Shown piece after piece: positions 29,448-38,705 of a DNA stretch of 64,000 nucleotides (position 1 is its first letter; every line of letters starts with the position of its first letter). The translations under genes and the position numbers were made by a program. The stretch comes from Candidatus Woesebacteria bacterium GW2011_GWC1_42_9 (lineage in GTDB: Bacteria; Patescibacteriota; Microgenomatia; UBA8517). Under the pieces are notes generated by a model that worked only from the letters and a program-made list of their open reading frames with translations, was not told the origin of the DNA and did not search any database. Where the stretch lies: positions 220-64,219 of the forward strand of contig LCET01000002.1 of NCBI GenBank assembly GCA_000995185.1. Reading direction: 5' to 3'.

Positions 29448-31220
29448 CTATTCTCGCAGGTCGTATTCACTTAGTAGTTTTTTGTTGCCCTCAACTTGAT
29501 AGCGCAGAAGCTCGGAATAAACCCCTCGCCTGCCTGCTAGTTGTTTTGGGCTTCCTTGGTCGACAATTTTCCCTTTGTCCAAAACGATAATACGATTGAC
29601 GTCCTGGATCGTAGAAAAGCGGTGAGCGATGATAATCACTAAACGATTCTTGAAAAGTTTTTCCAGTGCCTCTTGCACTAATCGCTCTGATTTTGAATCC
29701 AAACTGCTCGTTGCTTCATCCAATATTAAAATTGGTTTGTTGTGCAAAATGGCACGGGCCACTTGAATACGCTGCTTTTGCCCGCCAGAAAGTTTCACCC
29801 CCCGCTCACCAATTTGAGCGTTAAGCTTGTCTTTTAACTTCATCACAAACTCATAAGCGTTGGCCTGTTTCAGGGCGCCAATGATTTCCTTCTCCGTAGC
29901 CTTAGGCGCACCATAGGCCACGTTTTCGCGGATTGTTGAAGAAAAGAGCTCGCTATCCTGAAAGACCAGAGCCATGTGGGCACGGATCCAGGAGTGATCA
30001 GTCTTCGCGTAGTCCCTGCCGGAAAGATCCATTTTCCCGCTCGTTGGTTCATATAGTTTTAAAATTAAATTAACCAGAGTAGTTTTTCCTGCACCAGAGT
30101 GCCCAACTAAAGCCACTTTCTCGTTGTTTTTAAGTTTTAAGCTGATGTCAGACAAAACTGTCTTGCCATCACTATATGCAAAGCTCACGTTTTGCAGTGT
30201 AATTTCCGTTTTCGTGAGCATTTTGGCAGGCTTTTTGGCTTGATAGGTCTCTTGACCAGATAATCCCAAGACTTCAAAAAACTCTCGAGAGTCAGCACTT
30301 GCCCGCTGGATTTGCTCCAATATAAAGCTCATGCCATATAAAGGCCAACGCAATTGATTTAAGATTTGGATAATTAAAATCATCTCCCCCAAGGTTAAGG
30401 TGCCCATGAATGTCCGACGGAAAATAATATATAAAATGACGACTAAGGAAATTTCCAATCCAAACTCACGAATAAAATTTAGGATGTGGTAAAGATTCGA
30501 CTGTTTGTCGTAAAGCTTATTAATAAGCCCGTACTTTTTCGAGACAAATTGCCATTCCCTTCGCTGTGTGTTGTAGGTTTTGACGAGTTTAATGTTACTA
30601 ACTACTTCGCTTATCCTGCCGCGGCTCTCGTCTTCATGAATATTCTTTTGAACTTGAATTTTTCCCCAGCGCATCGTTGAGTAGCTGGAAATAGCGATAT
30701 AGACAGGGAAAACTGATAAAGCTAAAAGACCAATGGTGACATCAAAATAAGAGAGAACAATGATCCCAAATATCGCCTGAAGCAGTGCCGGCAAGATAAA
30801 GTTCGTCGCCGCTCCCACAAAATCGCGGATGGAGATAATCCCGCGGTTTAGTTGGTTAACAATTTTTCCTGAAAGCTCGGAATCAAAGTAAGTCTGCGGG
30901 AGACTAAAAATTTTCCGGTAATAAATTTCCGTCAAGTAGCGGCCGAGCCGGCTTGAGATGTGATCACCTAAACGCTGATTAATTGAGGTCAAGATAATTC
31001 CAACGATATTAATTGCCAAAATAAGCGCAAAAAGGGAAACGAGCCGTCCAAAATCTCCGGAGCCATCGGTGATTTGATTCGAAAGCTCATCAACTACGAA
31101 CTTCAAAGTCACTGGAGTTGCCTGCTGTAGGACTGCCTGTACCGTAATTAATATCCCAACAACGGCAATCCACTTATGCTGAGGCTCTGAAAGCCTGATA
31201 ATTTTGAGAATGCTCTTCAT
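29448..31220 (-). CDS. ABC exporter, fused permease/ATPase (MsbA-like)
   Basis: Multi-TM N-terminus; GHSGAGKT, LSGGQKQR, LDEATSSLD. Confidence 0.95.
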   Translation of the reverse strand: MKSILKIIRLSEPQHKWIAVVGILITVQAVLQQATPVTLKFVVDELSNQITDGSGDFGRLVSLFALILAINIVGIILTSINQRLGDHISSRLGRYLTEIYYRKIFSLPQTYFDSELSGKIVNQLNRGIISIRDFVGAATNFILPALLQAIFGIIVLSYFDVTIGLLALSVFPVYIAISSYSTMRWGKIQVQKNIHEDESRGRISEVVSNIKLVKTYNTQRREWQFVSKKYGLINKLYDKQSNLYHILNFIREFGLEISLVVILYIIFRRTFMGTLTLGEMILIIQILNQLRWPLYGMSFILEQIQRASADSREFFEVLGLSGQETYQAKKPAKMLTKTEITLQNVSFAYSDGKTVLSDISLKLKNNEKVALVGHSGAGKTTLVNLILKLYEPTSGKMDLSGRDYAKTDHSWIRAHMALVFQDSELFSSTIRENVAYGAPKATEKEIIGALKQANAYEFVMKLKDKLNAQIGERGVKLSGGQKQRIQVARAILHNKPILILDEATSSLDSKSERLVQEALEKLFKNRLVIIIAHRFSTIQDVNRIIVLDKGKIVDQGSPKQLAGRRGVYSELLRYQVEGNKKLLSEYDLRE

Positions 31221-31247
31221 GGAAGAGCTAATTTTACACCAAGAGTG

Positions 31248-31778
31248 CTAGTCGCCCAACCATAGTTTTGCCAGCCACCCAAAGGCGCTCCTTATCTCCT
31301 CTTCTTCTTGAATTGCTTCCGCCAAAGCGATATTTTGATTAAGAATTGCCTGGATCGCCTCTTGAATCTTGTCTTCATCGGCTTGATTTTTCACCTTGCT
31401 AGCAAGCTCCTGCAATTGCATAATCCGAAGATTATTTTGTTCCATCTGCCTTCTTAAGTTTCTCGCCGCCCGATGATCATTCCCAAATAATTTCTTCATC
31501 ACCTGTGACCTATTCTCAAGTTTCCCAAACTCTTCATCCACTTCAACTTGTGAATCATTCTGACCACGGGCAATCTCCCTCACTTCCTGCCCTATCCCTT
31601 CTTTATCTTCCCGCATTTCAAGAAGTTCTTCGACTTTTGTGGCTACGATGCTCATATGTTCTCTAGCATTTTCACTCCTTGAGCGAGGTCTATCATTTTC
31701 AGCAAAAGCTACACTAGTAAATCCAATAAGAACGACTAAAGCTAATGATAAACTAAATACTTTTTTCATCACTTTCAC
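31248..31778 (-). CDS. Secreted coiled-coil hypothetical protein
   Basis: Signal peptide; GIGQEVREIA; SAFGW. Confidence 0.75.
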   Translation of the reverse strand: MKVMKKVFSLSLALVVLIGFTSVAFAENDRPRSRSENAREHMSIVATKVEELLEMREDKEGIGQEVREIARGQNDSQVEVDEEFGKLENRSQVMKKLFGNDHRAARNLRRQMEQNNLRIMQLQELASKVKNQADEDKIQEAIQAILNQNIALAEAIQEEEEIRSAFGWLAKLWLGD

Positions 31779-31803
31779 CCCCTTTAGAAGATTATATCAA
31801 ATA

Positions 31804-33006
31804 TTACTCGATGAAGGTTAGAGCCTTGCCCTTTTTATTCACTCTTCCGGTCCTCCCGATGCGATGAATATAGTCCTCGTATGTTTGAGGAAGGTCATAA
31901 TTTATGACATGGGTCACATTATTAATATCTAGTCCCCTGGAAGCAATATCTGTCGCCAAAAGCACTTGTACTTTGCTACTCTTAAATTGCTCCAAAGCTC
32001 TTAATCTTTGTCCTTGGGATTTATTCCCGTGAATTGTGGCAACAGAGACCCTGCGCCTCACAAGTTCCCGAGCAATTTTATCAATCCCTCTTTTGGTCCT
32101 TCCGAAAACCAAAACTTTTTCAAATTCACGATCATTTAATAATTCATCCAAAACTGCAAGTTTTTCCCTCCCTTTCAATCTCACAATATCCTGATCAACA
32201 TTTGCAGATGTAGGCTGGGAATTGACAGTAATTGTAATAGGGTTTTTGGAAAACCCTCTCATAATATTTTTAACCTTGTCAGGCAGAGTTGCAGAGAAAA
32301 AAAGTGATTGCCTCTCAAAAGAAAGCTTGGAAATAATAAGGGTGACATCCTTGATAAAGCCCATATCAAGCATGCGGTCCACCTCATCTAAAACTATGCT
32401 TCCAAAAACACGAAAATTAATCGCCCTTCTATTTTCTAAATCCTTGAGCCTCCCTGGCGTACCCACCACCATTTGCGGATTTCTCCTTAAGCGCCTGATC
32501 TGTCCGCTAATATTTACCCCACCAATACAAGCTACAGCCTCAAGGCGAGTCCCCCTTGCAAGGTCCACAAATTCCTGTTCAACCTGAACTGCAAGCTCGC
32601 GAGTAGGAGCAATAATAAGGACTTTTTCACTATTGTTCATAAGCATTTTATTAATGAGGGGAATCAAAAAAGCGGCTGTTTTCCCAGTGCCGGTATTGGC
32701 AATACCAACGACGTCTTTTCCTTCTAATAAGGCTGGGATTGCCATGTCTTGGATCGGCTGAGGGGTTTTATATCCCTTGAATGAAATATTTTTCATTAGT
32801 AAAGGCTGAAGGTGGAAATCATCAAAAGAATGCTTGGAAACATACTCTTCACACACTAATTCTGCCGATTTTTGGATAAACATCGCCGGATTATAAGCCG
32901 GTGTTCCTCTTCGCCCACCAAAACTACGCCCTCTTCCTTGATTATTGGCAAACGAGCGCCTGCGGCTAGATTGGTAGTGATTTCTATAGTTTTGCATTGA
33001 AAGCAA
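31804..33006 (-). CDS. DEAD-box RNA helicase
   Basis: Q motif, TGTGKT, PTRELA, TPGR, DEVD, SAT, HRIGRTGR. Confidence 0.96.
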   Translation of the reverse strand: MLSMQNYRNHYQSSRRRSFANNQGRGRSFGGRRGTPAYNPAMFIQKSAELVCEEYVSKHSFDDFHLQPLLMKNISFKGYKTPQPIQDMAIPALLEGKDVVGIANTGTGKTAAFLIPLINKMLMNNSEKVLIIAPTRELAVQVEQEFVDLARGTRLEAVACIGGVNISGQIRRLRRNPQMVVGTPGRLKDLENRRAINFRVFGSIVLDEVDRMLDMGFIKDVTLIISKLSFERQSLFFSATLPDKVKNIMRGFSKNPITITVNSQPTSANVDQDIVRLKGREKLAVLDELLNDREFEKVLVFGRTKRGIDKIARELVRRRVSVATIHGNKSQGQRLRALEQFKSSKVQVLLATDIASRGLDINNVTHVINYDLPQTYEDYIHRIGRTGRVNKKGKALTFIE

Positions 33007-33243
33007 TAAATCTGCTCAAATTAATCACGTATTCGGTCAAAAAGAAGAAAAGATACAAAAAAACTTTTAATATCTTTACAGGCTTGGCCTGCTATGGAGA
33101 TCACACTTTACTTACGATTATTTATAACTTGGAGAAAGTTGATTTCCTTATCTATCTAAAAAACAAAAATATGTTAAATTCAAGCAGGTTTATTATTTCC
33201 ACCTGCGAACGAAAACAAGTGTACCACACTAAACGAGAAATAG

Positions 33244-33525
33244 CTAGTTTTTGCCCATAAAAAACCCTTTAATTGAAACTAAAAGGTTTCTCAATTGTCC
33301 CCAAAGATTACTTGTTTCCTGTGGTTTTTGAGGCTGAATTGCAGGTATAGGGATTACTATTTTGTTCTCCAATTCGGAAACACTCTTTTCATGTCCACGA
33401 AAATACAGATCAACGCCTTTATATATCCCAAAGTGCAAGTGCTCCCTCTCTCTGGATGTTTCACTGCTAAATGCATCGCCGAGGTAGGTTAATAGCGCCA
33501 TCAAAAGTACCTTTAATGCTCTCAT
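33244..33525 (-). pseudogene. M23 peptidase C-terminal fragment
   Basis: YLG...ET..ER.HLHFGI motif without the N-terminal HxxxD half. Confidence 0.55.
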
Positions 33526-33540
33526 GCAAGCATTTTACAT

Positions 33541-34569
33541 TTAAGAATCCTTAATCAGACTCCAGGTAGCGTACTCCTCGGGAGACAAGGAAAGCTTTTT
33601 TGATGACTTCCTGCCGTATACCCTGGCAAAATGGGGAACAAGAATTTCCTTCTCGTAAGAACTAATCACCGCGGGATGAATATAATAAGTCCTGCAGATC
33701 CTTTTGGTATTGCCAAGATGATCCGACACAATTGCCACTACTTCGGCGATATTATTTTTGATCTGGGATTCGGTTTCGGCATTTCCTTTCTGGTACAAGG
33801 AGTCCCCCGCCAAGACGCTCCCGCCCCAAGTACGAAAGTCTTTTGCCGAAAGGTCGGCCCCCGTGTGGGCACGCAAATATCGATTCACGTCAACTGAATC
33901 GATAATCCGTCTTTCACCATCCTCACCTAAATACTGAAATAATTCATAGCCGGGAAGATCAAGGCATGCTTTGATGGTCTTCGCTACTCTCGGATGGGTC
34001 ACATCCAATTCATGAGAAACTCCGCTTTTACCTCGATAGTTAAATTTCACCGTATTGCCGGCAACTTCGACATGCTTTTCCCGCAGGGTTGTCAGGCCAT
34101 ACGATTGATTCTCTTGGGCATACTCTTTATTTCCAATCCGGATAAAAGTGTGCTCCAGAAGCCAGATAACGGTTGCGATCACCCGATCTTGGGATAATTT
34201 ATGCTCCCTCATATGGCCAAATACCGTCGCCCGCAAAGTCGGCAACCGCTCGCCAAATGTGATCATCTGGTCAAACTTATGCTCTTGACTGCGCCTGACC
34301 CACTCGGGGTGGTAAATATATTGCTTTCGTCCTCGGCTATCCACCCCAACTGCCTGGATGTAGTCCCCCGGGTCAGGACTAATGCGAACATCCCTCCAAG
34401 CCGGCGGAATGACAAGTTTTTGGATACGGTTAAGGGTCGCTTTGGAAACAGATTTCCCTTTCCGATTAATAAATCCAAAGCCCTTGCCTTTCTTTACACG
34501 CCGGATCGTCCGCTCGCTGGACTTACGATAATGAATCTGGGCCATTAATACAGTGTAGACTAGATTCAA
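33541..34569 (-). CDS. Bacterial type IB DNA topoisomerase
   Basis: IPPAW, GRKQYIYH, RIGN, GKSG, KDFRTW, HLGNT..ICRTYYIHP (catalytic Tyr region). Confidence 0.93.
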   Translation of the reverse strand: MNLVYTVLMAQIHYRKSSERTIRRVKKGKGFGFINRKGKSVSKATLNRIQKLVIPPAWRDVRISPDPGDYIQAVGVDSRGRKQYIYHPEWVRRSQEHKFDQMITFGERLPTLRATVFGHMREHKLSQDRVIATVIWLLEHTFIRIGNKEYAQENQSYGLTTLREKHVEVAGNTVKFNYRGKSGVSHELDVTHPRVAKTIKACLDLPGYELFQYLGEDGERRIIDSVDVNRYLRAHTGADLSAKDFRTWGGSVLAGDSLYQKGNAETESQIKNNIAEVVAIVSDHLGNTKRICRTYYIHPAVISSYEKEILVPHFARVYGRKSSKKLSLSPEEYATWSLIKDS

Positions 34570-35024
34570 AGGTACGCAAACAAAAACAGGTACCGCAACC
34601 CAACCAATAGAAGCGCCAAAAGGACAAAGAATCGAAATGACTGCTGAGGGATTTTATCAACCAGTTTTTTAGCTATGTACGCCCCCAAAAACGAAGTGGG
34701 GATGCACACAATTAGGGCCGATAAAAGCAGAATATCAAGCCTTATGCCGCTAATAAAATATTGCGTAATGCGCGCACTATCAATCAATAATCCAATTCCA
34801 CCCTGGTTTAAACCACAAAAAGCCAACGTATGAAACCAGAAATAATCCTAGCAAGCGCTCTAATAATCGCCAAACCAGTGAATGATCCCCGCAAATAGTA
34901 AAACAAGAGGAAGCGGCAAGAATAAAGACAAAACCGGCACCATAATTGTGGAGGTTCCAAAGCCAGTCATAGTGCCAATGCAAGAAGCAATGAGTGTTAA
35001 GGCAATAAGAGCAGTTAACTCCAT
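34566..35024 (-). pseudogene. TauE/SafE sulfite-exporter-like pseudogene
   Basis: MELTALI...[14 protein letters not shown] ends at an early stop; C-terminal piece GAYIAKKLVDKIPQ..FR lies in a separate ORF; much shorter than the family. Confidence 0.65.
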
Positions 35025-35033
35025 GTATTCAGT

Positions 35034-35420
35034 CTACCTAAACTTGTGATTTATAAAAGCAAAAAGATACAATAATCCTCCAATAAATAAAAATTGCGCA
35101 GTAAAATATACTAATCCCCCTAAAGAGGCAAAATTAATATCACTCCACCCTAAAACAGGCATCCATTTTGTAATTACGAAAAATGAGAACTCATAAAGCA
35201 TTAATATAATAGGCACCAACCACAATAATTTTATCAATGGCGCGGAAAATTTCTTTGAGAAAAACGAATACAATAAAGCCATAAAAACCGGCCACAATAA
35301 AAACATATAAACAAAGAAAGCTATTTTGCCGCTAATTGCAATTGCAAACATGCCAACTAGAACTAGTAAATATGCCAACCCATATGTTTTCCAGAAGCCT
35401 ATTGTTAGCTTTTTATTCAT
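35034..35420 (-). CDS. Four-TM membrane protein
   Basis: Hydrophobic 128 aa ORF. Confidence 0.6.
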   Translation of the reverse strand: MNKKLTIGFWKTYGLAYLLVLVGMFAIAISGKIAFFVYMFLLWPVFMALLYSFFSKKFSAPLIKLLWLVPIILMLYEFSFFVITKWMPVLGWSDINFASLGGLVYFTAQFLFIGGLLYLFAFINHKFR

Positions 35421-35658
35421 CTTTACTTTTAGGTTTAAATTTCAGTAGGCGGAAAATACCTTTAGATGGTTTGTAAACCTTGTCGGGAAATCTTTCGACA
35501 AGTTTCCAGACGCATCCATTGACCGTTTTCGGATGAAAACTACGATCTGATGCCTCAATTTTTGAAAGTAGTTCTGACCAACGTAGACCCCCTGAATGTT
35601 CTTCGAGCAACTCAAATGCTTTTGCGTTTATACGTCCTGTAACCGTGGATTTGTCCAT
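35413..35658 (-). CDS. Small wHTH-like hypothetical protein
   Basis: MDKST...GLRWSEL...HPKTVNG..W...KPSKG.F. Confidence 0.6.
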   Translation of the reverse strand: MDKSTVTGRINAKAFELLEEHSGGLRWSELLSKIEASDRSFHPKTVNGCVWKLVERFPDKVYKPSKGIFRLLKFKPKSKDE

Positions 35659-35733
35659 GTTTTGCAAAATAGAATAACACAATTGGCTAAATTGCACCCA
35701 ATCATACTTAACATGGTAGGATATGCTTATTCT

Positions 35734-36210
35734 ATGAGAAAAGGCTCAACGCTATTCTTAAAGTTTGCCATTTGTCTCATCGCAATCGGAGCCCTTGTAT
35801 GGCTGATTTGGTTTCCTCAAACTGAAGGAAGAGCTGTGAACTTAGATCTAGTCAGTATTTATAAAGATCCGGTTATTATCTATGGCTTTATCGCTTCGAC
35901 CCCATTTTTTTTTGGGCTATATCAGGCATTCAAATTATTAAACTTCATTGATGCGAATCATGCCTTTTCCCAAGGTACTGTTAATACACTCAAGAATATG
36001 AAGTTTGCTTCCTTCAGTTTCATTGGTTTTATTGCATTCGCAGAGTTTTACCTCCTCTTCTTTGTGCAGGGTGATGATAAAGCAGGGCCGATGGCGCTTG
36101 GAATTTATACTGCCTTCGCAACCGCTATTATCGCAACCGCTGCTGCTGTTTTTCAAAGACTTCTCCAAAATGCGGTAGACATAAAATCAGAAAATGATTT
36201 AACCGTATGA
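35734..36210 (+). CDS. DUF2975 (YoaS-like) membrane protein
   Basis: TMs; C-terminal AVDIKSENDLTV; start reassigned to MRKGST. Confidence 0.85.
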   Translation: MRKGSTLFLKFAICLIAIGALVWLIWFPQTEGRAVNLDLVSIYKDPVIIYGFIASTPFFFGLYQAFKLLNFIDANHAFSQGTVNTLKNMKFASFSFIGFIAFAEFYLLFFVQGDDKAGPMALGIYTAFATAIIATAAAVFQRLLQNAVDIKSENDLTV

Positions 36211-36236
36211 GGCACACCTATTGGCTGGATACCAAT

Positions 36237-36365
36237 ATGGCAAATCTTTCTATTTTGAAAAATGGAAAAGCGAGGGCTATCCGCTTCTCAACGCTCGAGG
36301 CAATTTGCAAAGCTCTAAATTGTCAACCTGGAGATATTTTGGAATACAAGAGAGGCCGAATTTAA
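36237..36365 (+). pseudogene. YozG-like Cro/C1 HTH regulator, N-terminally truncated
   Basis: ANLSILKNGKARAIRFSTLEAICKALNCQPGDILEY; usual partner of DUF2975; first helices missing. Confidence 0.75.
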
Positions 36366-36529
36366 AAATAATTCCGTGTTCCTAGTTTCGCTCTGACCAC
36401 TGCTTTGTCTCGTGTTATCAAGGCATTTCAAAACCCAATCTGGGCAGAACAAGCGAGAGAAGGGCTGAAGGAAATTAAGAAGTTACAAGAAATGAAACTT
36501 GCCGTTACATAACTTCTTCCCCTAAATGG

Positions 36530-36646
36530 TTAGTTTGGTGTAGAACGACGATGGGGCCTTACTCTGTGCCCGTTTCTTAAATACCCTCTTACCGGGACTA
36601 TTTTTTGCCTTTGCCTACCATAAGTTGATGTCTTTGTCTTTGCCAT
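36530..36646 (-). CDS. 38 aa highly basic peptide
   Basis: AAGGAGGTG SD overlapping the CD-NTase stop; MAKTKTSTYGRQRQKIVPVRGYLRNGHRVRPHRRSTPN. Confidence 0.65.
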   Translation of the reverse strand: MAKTKTSTYGRQRQKIVPVRGYLRNGHRVRPHRRSTPN

Positions 36647-36662
36647 AAATTCTTCACCTCCT

Positions 36663-38081
36663 TCAGTCGCCATTAATCCCAACATAAAATCGGCCAAAGC
36701 CGATACATGCTCCATTTTTAACAACGTAACATTCTATCCAATGCATGCCCGGATATTCAGTGTGCTCTTCTCGATAAGACGAGTTGACTTCGCAGAAATG
36801 AAATTCATTTCCTCTCCAACCGCCTATCCGAGCAATATCCAATGCTGGCATGCCATTATTCACAACCAACCAGCGTATCTCATCGTAATCTAAACCATCA
36901 ATCGCCGGGGTAAAAATTAAGAAATACTCCTTCCCTATGTAATCCCCAGAAAGCAAGGGTTTCGGACCGTTAATGGTCTGAAGGGCGTATCCGGGTAGAT
37001 TGTTTGGAATTCTCTTCCAGTTAGTCGAATTACGAATTTTGTCTCTTCGCTCAACCTGGCAGGTTAGTTTTACCTCCCTCCAATTTGAGACAAATGGCCA
37101 AGGAGATACTGATATTATCGACTCTCTGAGTAATGGATAAATTTCAGCCACACCATTTTTCTGCAACATCTCCTGCAGTTTTTTTAATGTTTTTGAGGCA
37201 TACTTTATAGCCAATGGCCTTTGGGTGGCGTCAGTGTCTTCATTCAAATAATCGTCCACAAAGACACTACTGTCGGCCATGTCTGGCAAAGACGATTTTG
37301 CCAACCAAGAAGTGGCATCTCCCAAAAAAAGATTGATTGCATCGTAAAAATCTAGGCTTCTATTCTGGGTAAACAATCCTGCAACTACTAGTTCTATATG
37401 AAATGATTTGAGCTCAAAGTTGGTCAAACCAGCATTACACGATTTTTTCCAAACCTTCGCGAACTTTACAGTCTTCCGATAACTCGGATTCTGATTTAAC
37501 CTCAATGATTGTTCTCTATAACCCTTAGGGTCAGACAAAACCCAATTAAGTTTTCCGTCATGGGATTTATAAATTTCCTCCCATTTGTTACGGCCAAGCT
37601 TTTGAATCTCGGGAACGAGATAAATGTCGTCGCCATACCTATTTTTTTTGCCTGACCTAACGGCCGGAACTAAATCTATCGAGAAAGTTTCTATTTTAGG
37701 AAATGTTATGTTTACGGAATGGGTTTGTGCTTCGACTTTTGCCTCTTTTCCAATCTTTTGGTATCCAGCCGTAAGCATCAACGCCAAACTCTCCAAAGGT
37801 TCTTTCACATCAAAGAGTATTGGCTGCCCTTGGCTTTTTGCTAACAATTCGCTACCCAAAATCTGAAACGATTCCGGCAAAACCCATATCACATCTAAGT
37901 CGTGAACGGGACTAACTGTAGTTTCCCTGCCAAATGACCCGCTCTGGAAAATTTCGTTGCCAGGTAAGATATCTTGAAGTTCCTTAAATCGCTCGGAAAT
38001 CTTGTCTCTTTCCTCTTGTGACGGAGATAGATATTTGCGGCAAAATTCCTCAAGACTGATATTAACTTCATTCTTTGTCAT
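36663..38081 (-). CDS. cGAS/DncV-like (SMODS) nucleotidyltransferase with C-terminal AGS-C domain
   Basis: GSFGRETTVSPVHDLDV (GS..DxD), IDLVPA, SDPK, KSFHIE; tail W.VVNNG...RG...E.TEYPG.HWIECYVVKNG; start reassigned to MTKNEV. Confidence 0.88.
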   Translation of the reverse strand: MTKNEVNISLEEFCRKYLSPSQEERDKISERFKELQDILPGNEIFQSGSFGRETTVSPVHDLDVIWVLPESFQILGSELLAKSQGQPILFDVKEPLESLALMLTAGYQKIGKEAKVEAQTHSVNITFPKIETFSIDLVPAVRSGKKNRYGDDIYLVPEIQKLGRNKWEEIYKSHDGKLNWVLSDPKGYREQSLRLNQNPSYRKTVKFAKVWKKSCNAGLTNFELKSFHIELVVAGLFTQNRSLDFYDAINLFLGDATSWLAKSSLPDMADSSVFVDDYLNEDTDATQRPLAIKYASKTLKKLQEMLQKNGVAEIYPLLRESIISVSPWPFVSNWREVKLTCQVERRDKIRNSTNWKRIPNNLPGYALQTINGPKPLLSGDYIGKEYFLIFTPAIDGLDYDEIRWLVVNNGMPALDIARIGGWRGNEFHFCEVNSSYREEHTEYPGMHWIECYVVKNGACIGFGRFYVGINGD

Positions 38082-38613
38082 ATTTATATGAAGCCATAAT
38101 GGCAAAAAGGTCGCCAACCAGCCTGAGAGGCATACTCGATAACGCGTACCACTTGTAATCTTTAAGTTTCGCCCGATGTTCCTCATCAAGCGAATACCCC
38201 AGCTCAAATGTATAAACAACTAGGGGTCGGTTCGCTTTTTTAACCATATCCATAAACTCATCAAAATCATCCATGCCCTTGCGATACCCCAGGACAATAA
38301 TGCCAGCACCCTCAATGTCTTTAGGCTCAATTGAATGAAAATCTGTAATAATACCGTTTGAAACATCAAAAAAACCGGAACTTTTGAGAACGCCAAGTTC
38401 CCGTTTCATATCCTTACCAGACCCATCGTCCCTTTTCCCGCCGGAGGGACAGAAAATAAACACTTTACGACCGAGGTTCCGACCCAACCTAAAGAAGACT
38501 TTTATTGCTCTCCAAAAAATAATTATGAATCCAACGACGAAGATTACGAGGCCGAAAAGCCATTTGAGTAAATCCCAAATATCCAAGGCTGATGTAACTT
38601 TGTTAATATCCAT
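38068..38613 (-). CDS. TM + Rossmannoid (NARF-like) putative CBASS effector
   Basis: One N-terminal TM, alternating beta/alpha domain; overlaps the CD-NTase start by 14 nt. Confidence 0.65.
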   Translation of the reverse strand: MDINKVTSALDIWDLLKWLFGLVIFVVGFIIIFWRAIKVFFRLGRNLGRKVFIFCPSGGKRDDGSGKDMKRELGVLKSSGFFDVSNGIITDFHSIEPKDIEGAGIIVLGYRKGMDDFDEFMDMVKKANRPLVVYTFELGYSLDEEHRAKLKDYKWYALSSMPLRLVGDLFAIMASYKYDKE

Positions 38614-38660
38614 CTCAATTTTGTCTTTAGCAAATTTTTTGTTTGCATCGGCAACACTGG

Positions 38661-38697
38661 TATGGTACCATAATTGGTAGACGGATACAAGTAGACG
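38661..38697. promoter_or_regulatory. Divergent promoter/operator region
   Basis: Palindrome TATGGTACCATA (38661-72); direct repeat GTAGACG-N7-GTAGACG (38677-97). Confidence 0.5.
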
Positions 38698-38705
38698 CTT
38701 AATAA

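Noticed and set aside
38082-38219. N-terminal extension of the CD-NTase ORF
   Set aside because: Overlaps the upstream effector gene in another frame; ATG at 38081 gives typical translational coupling
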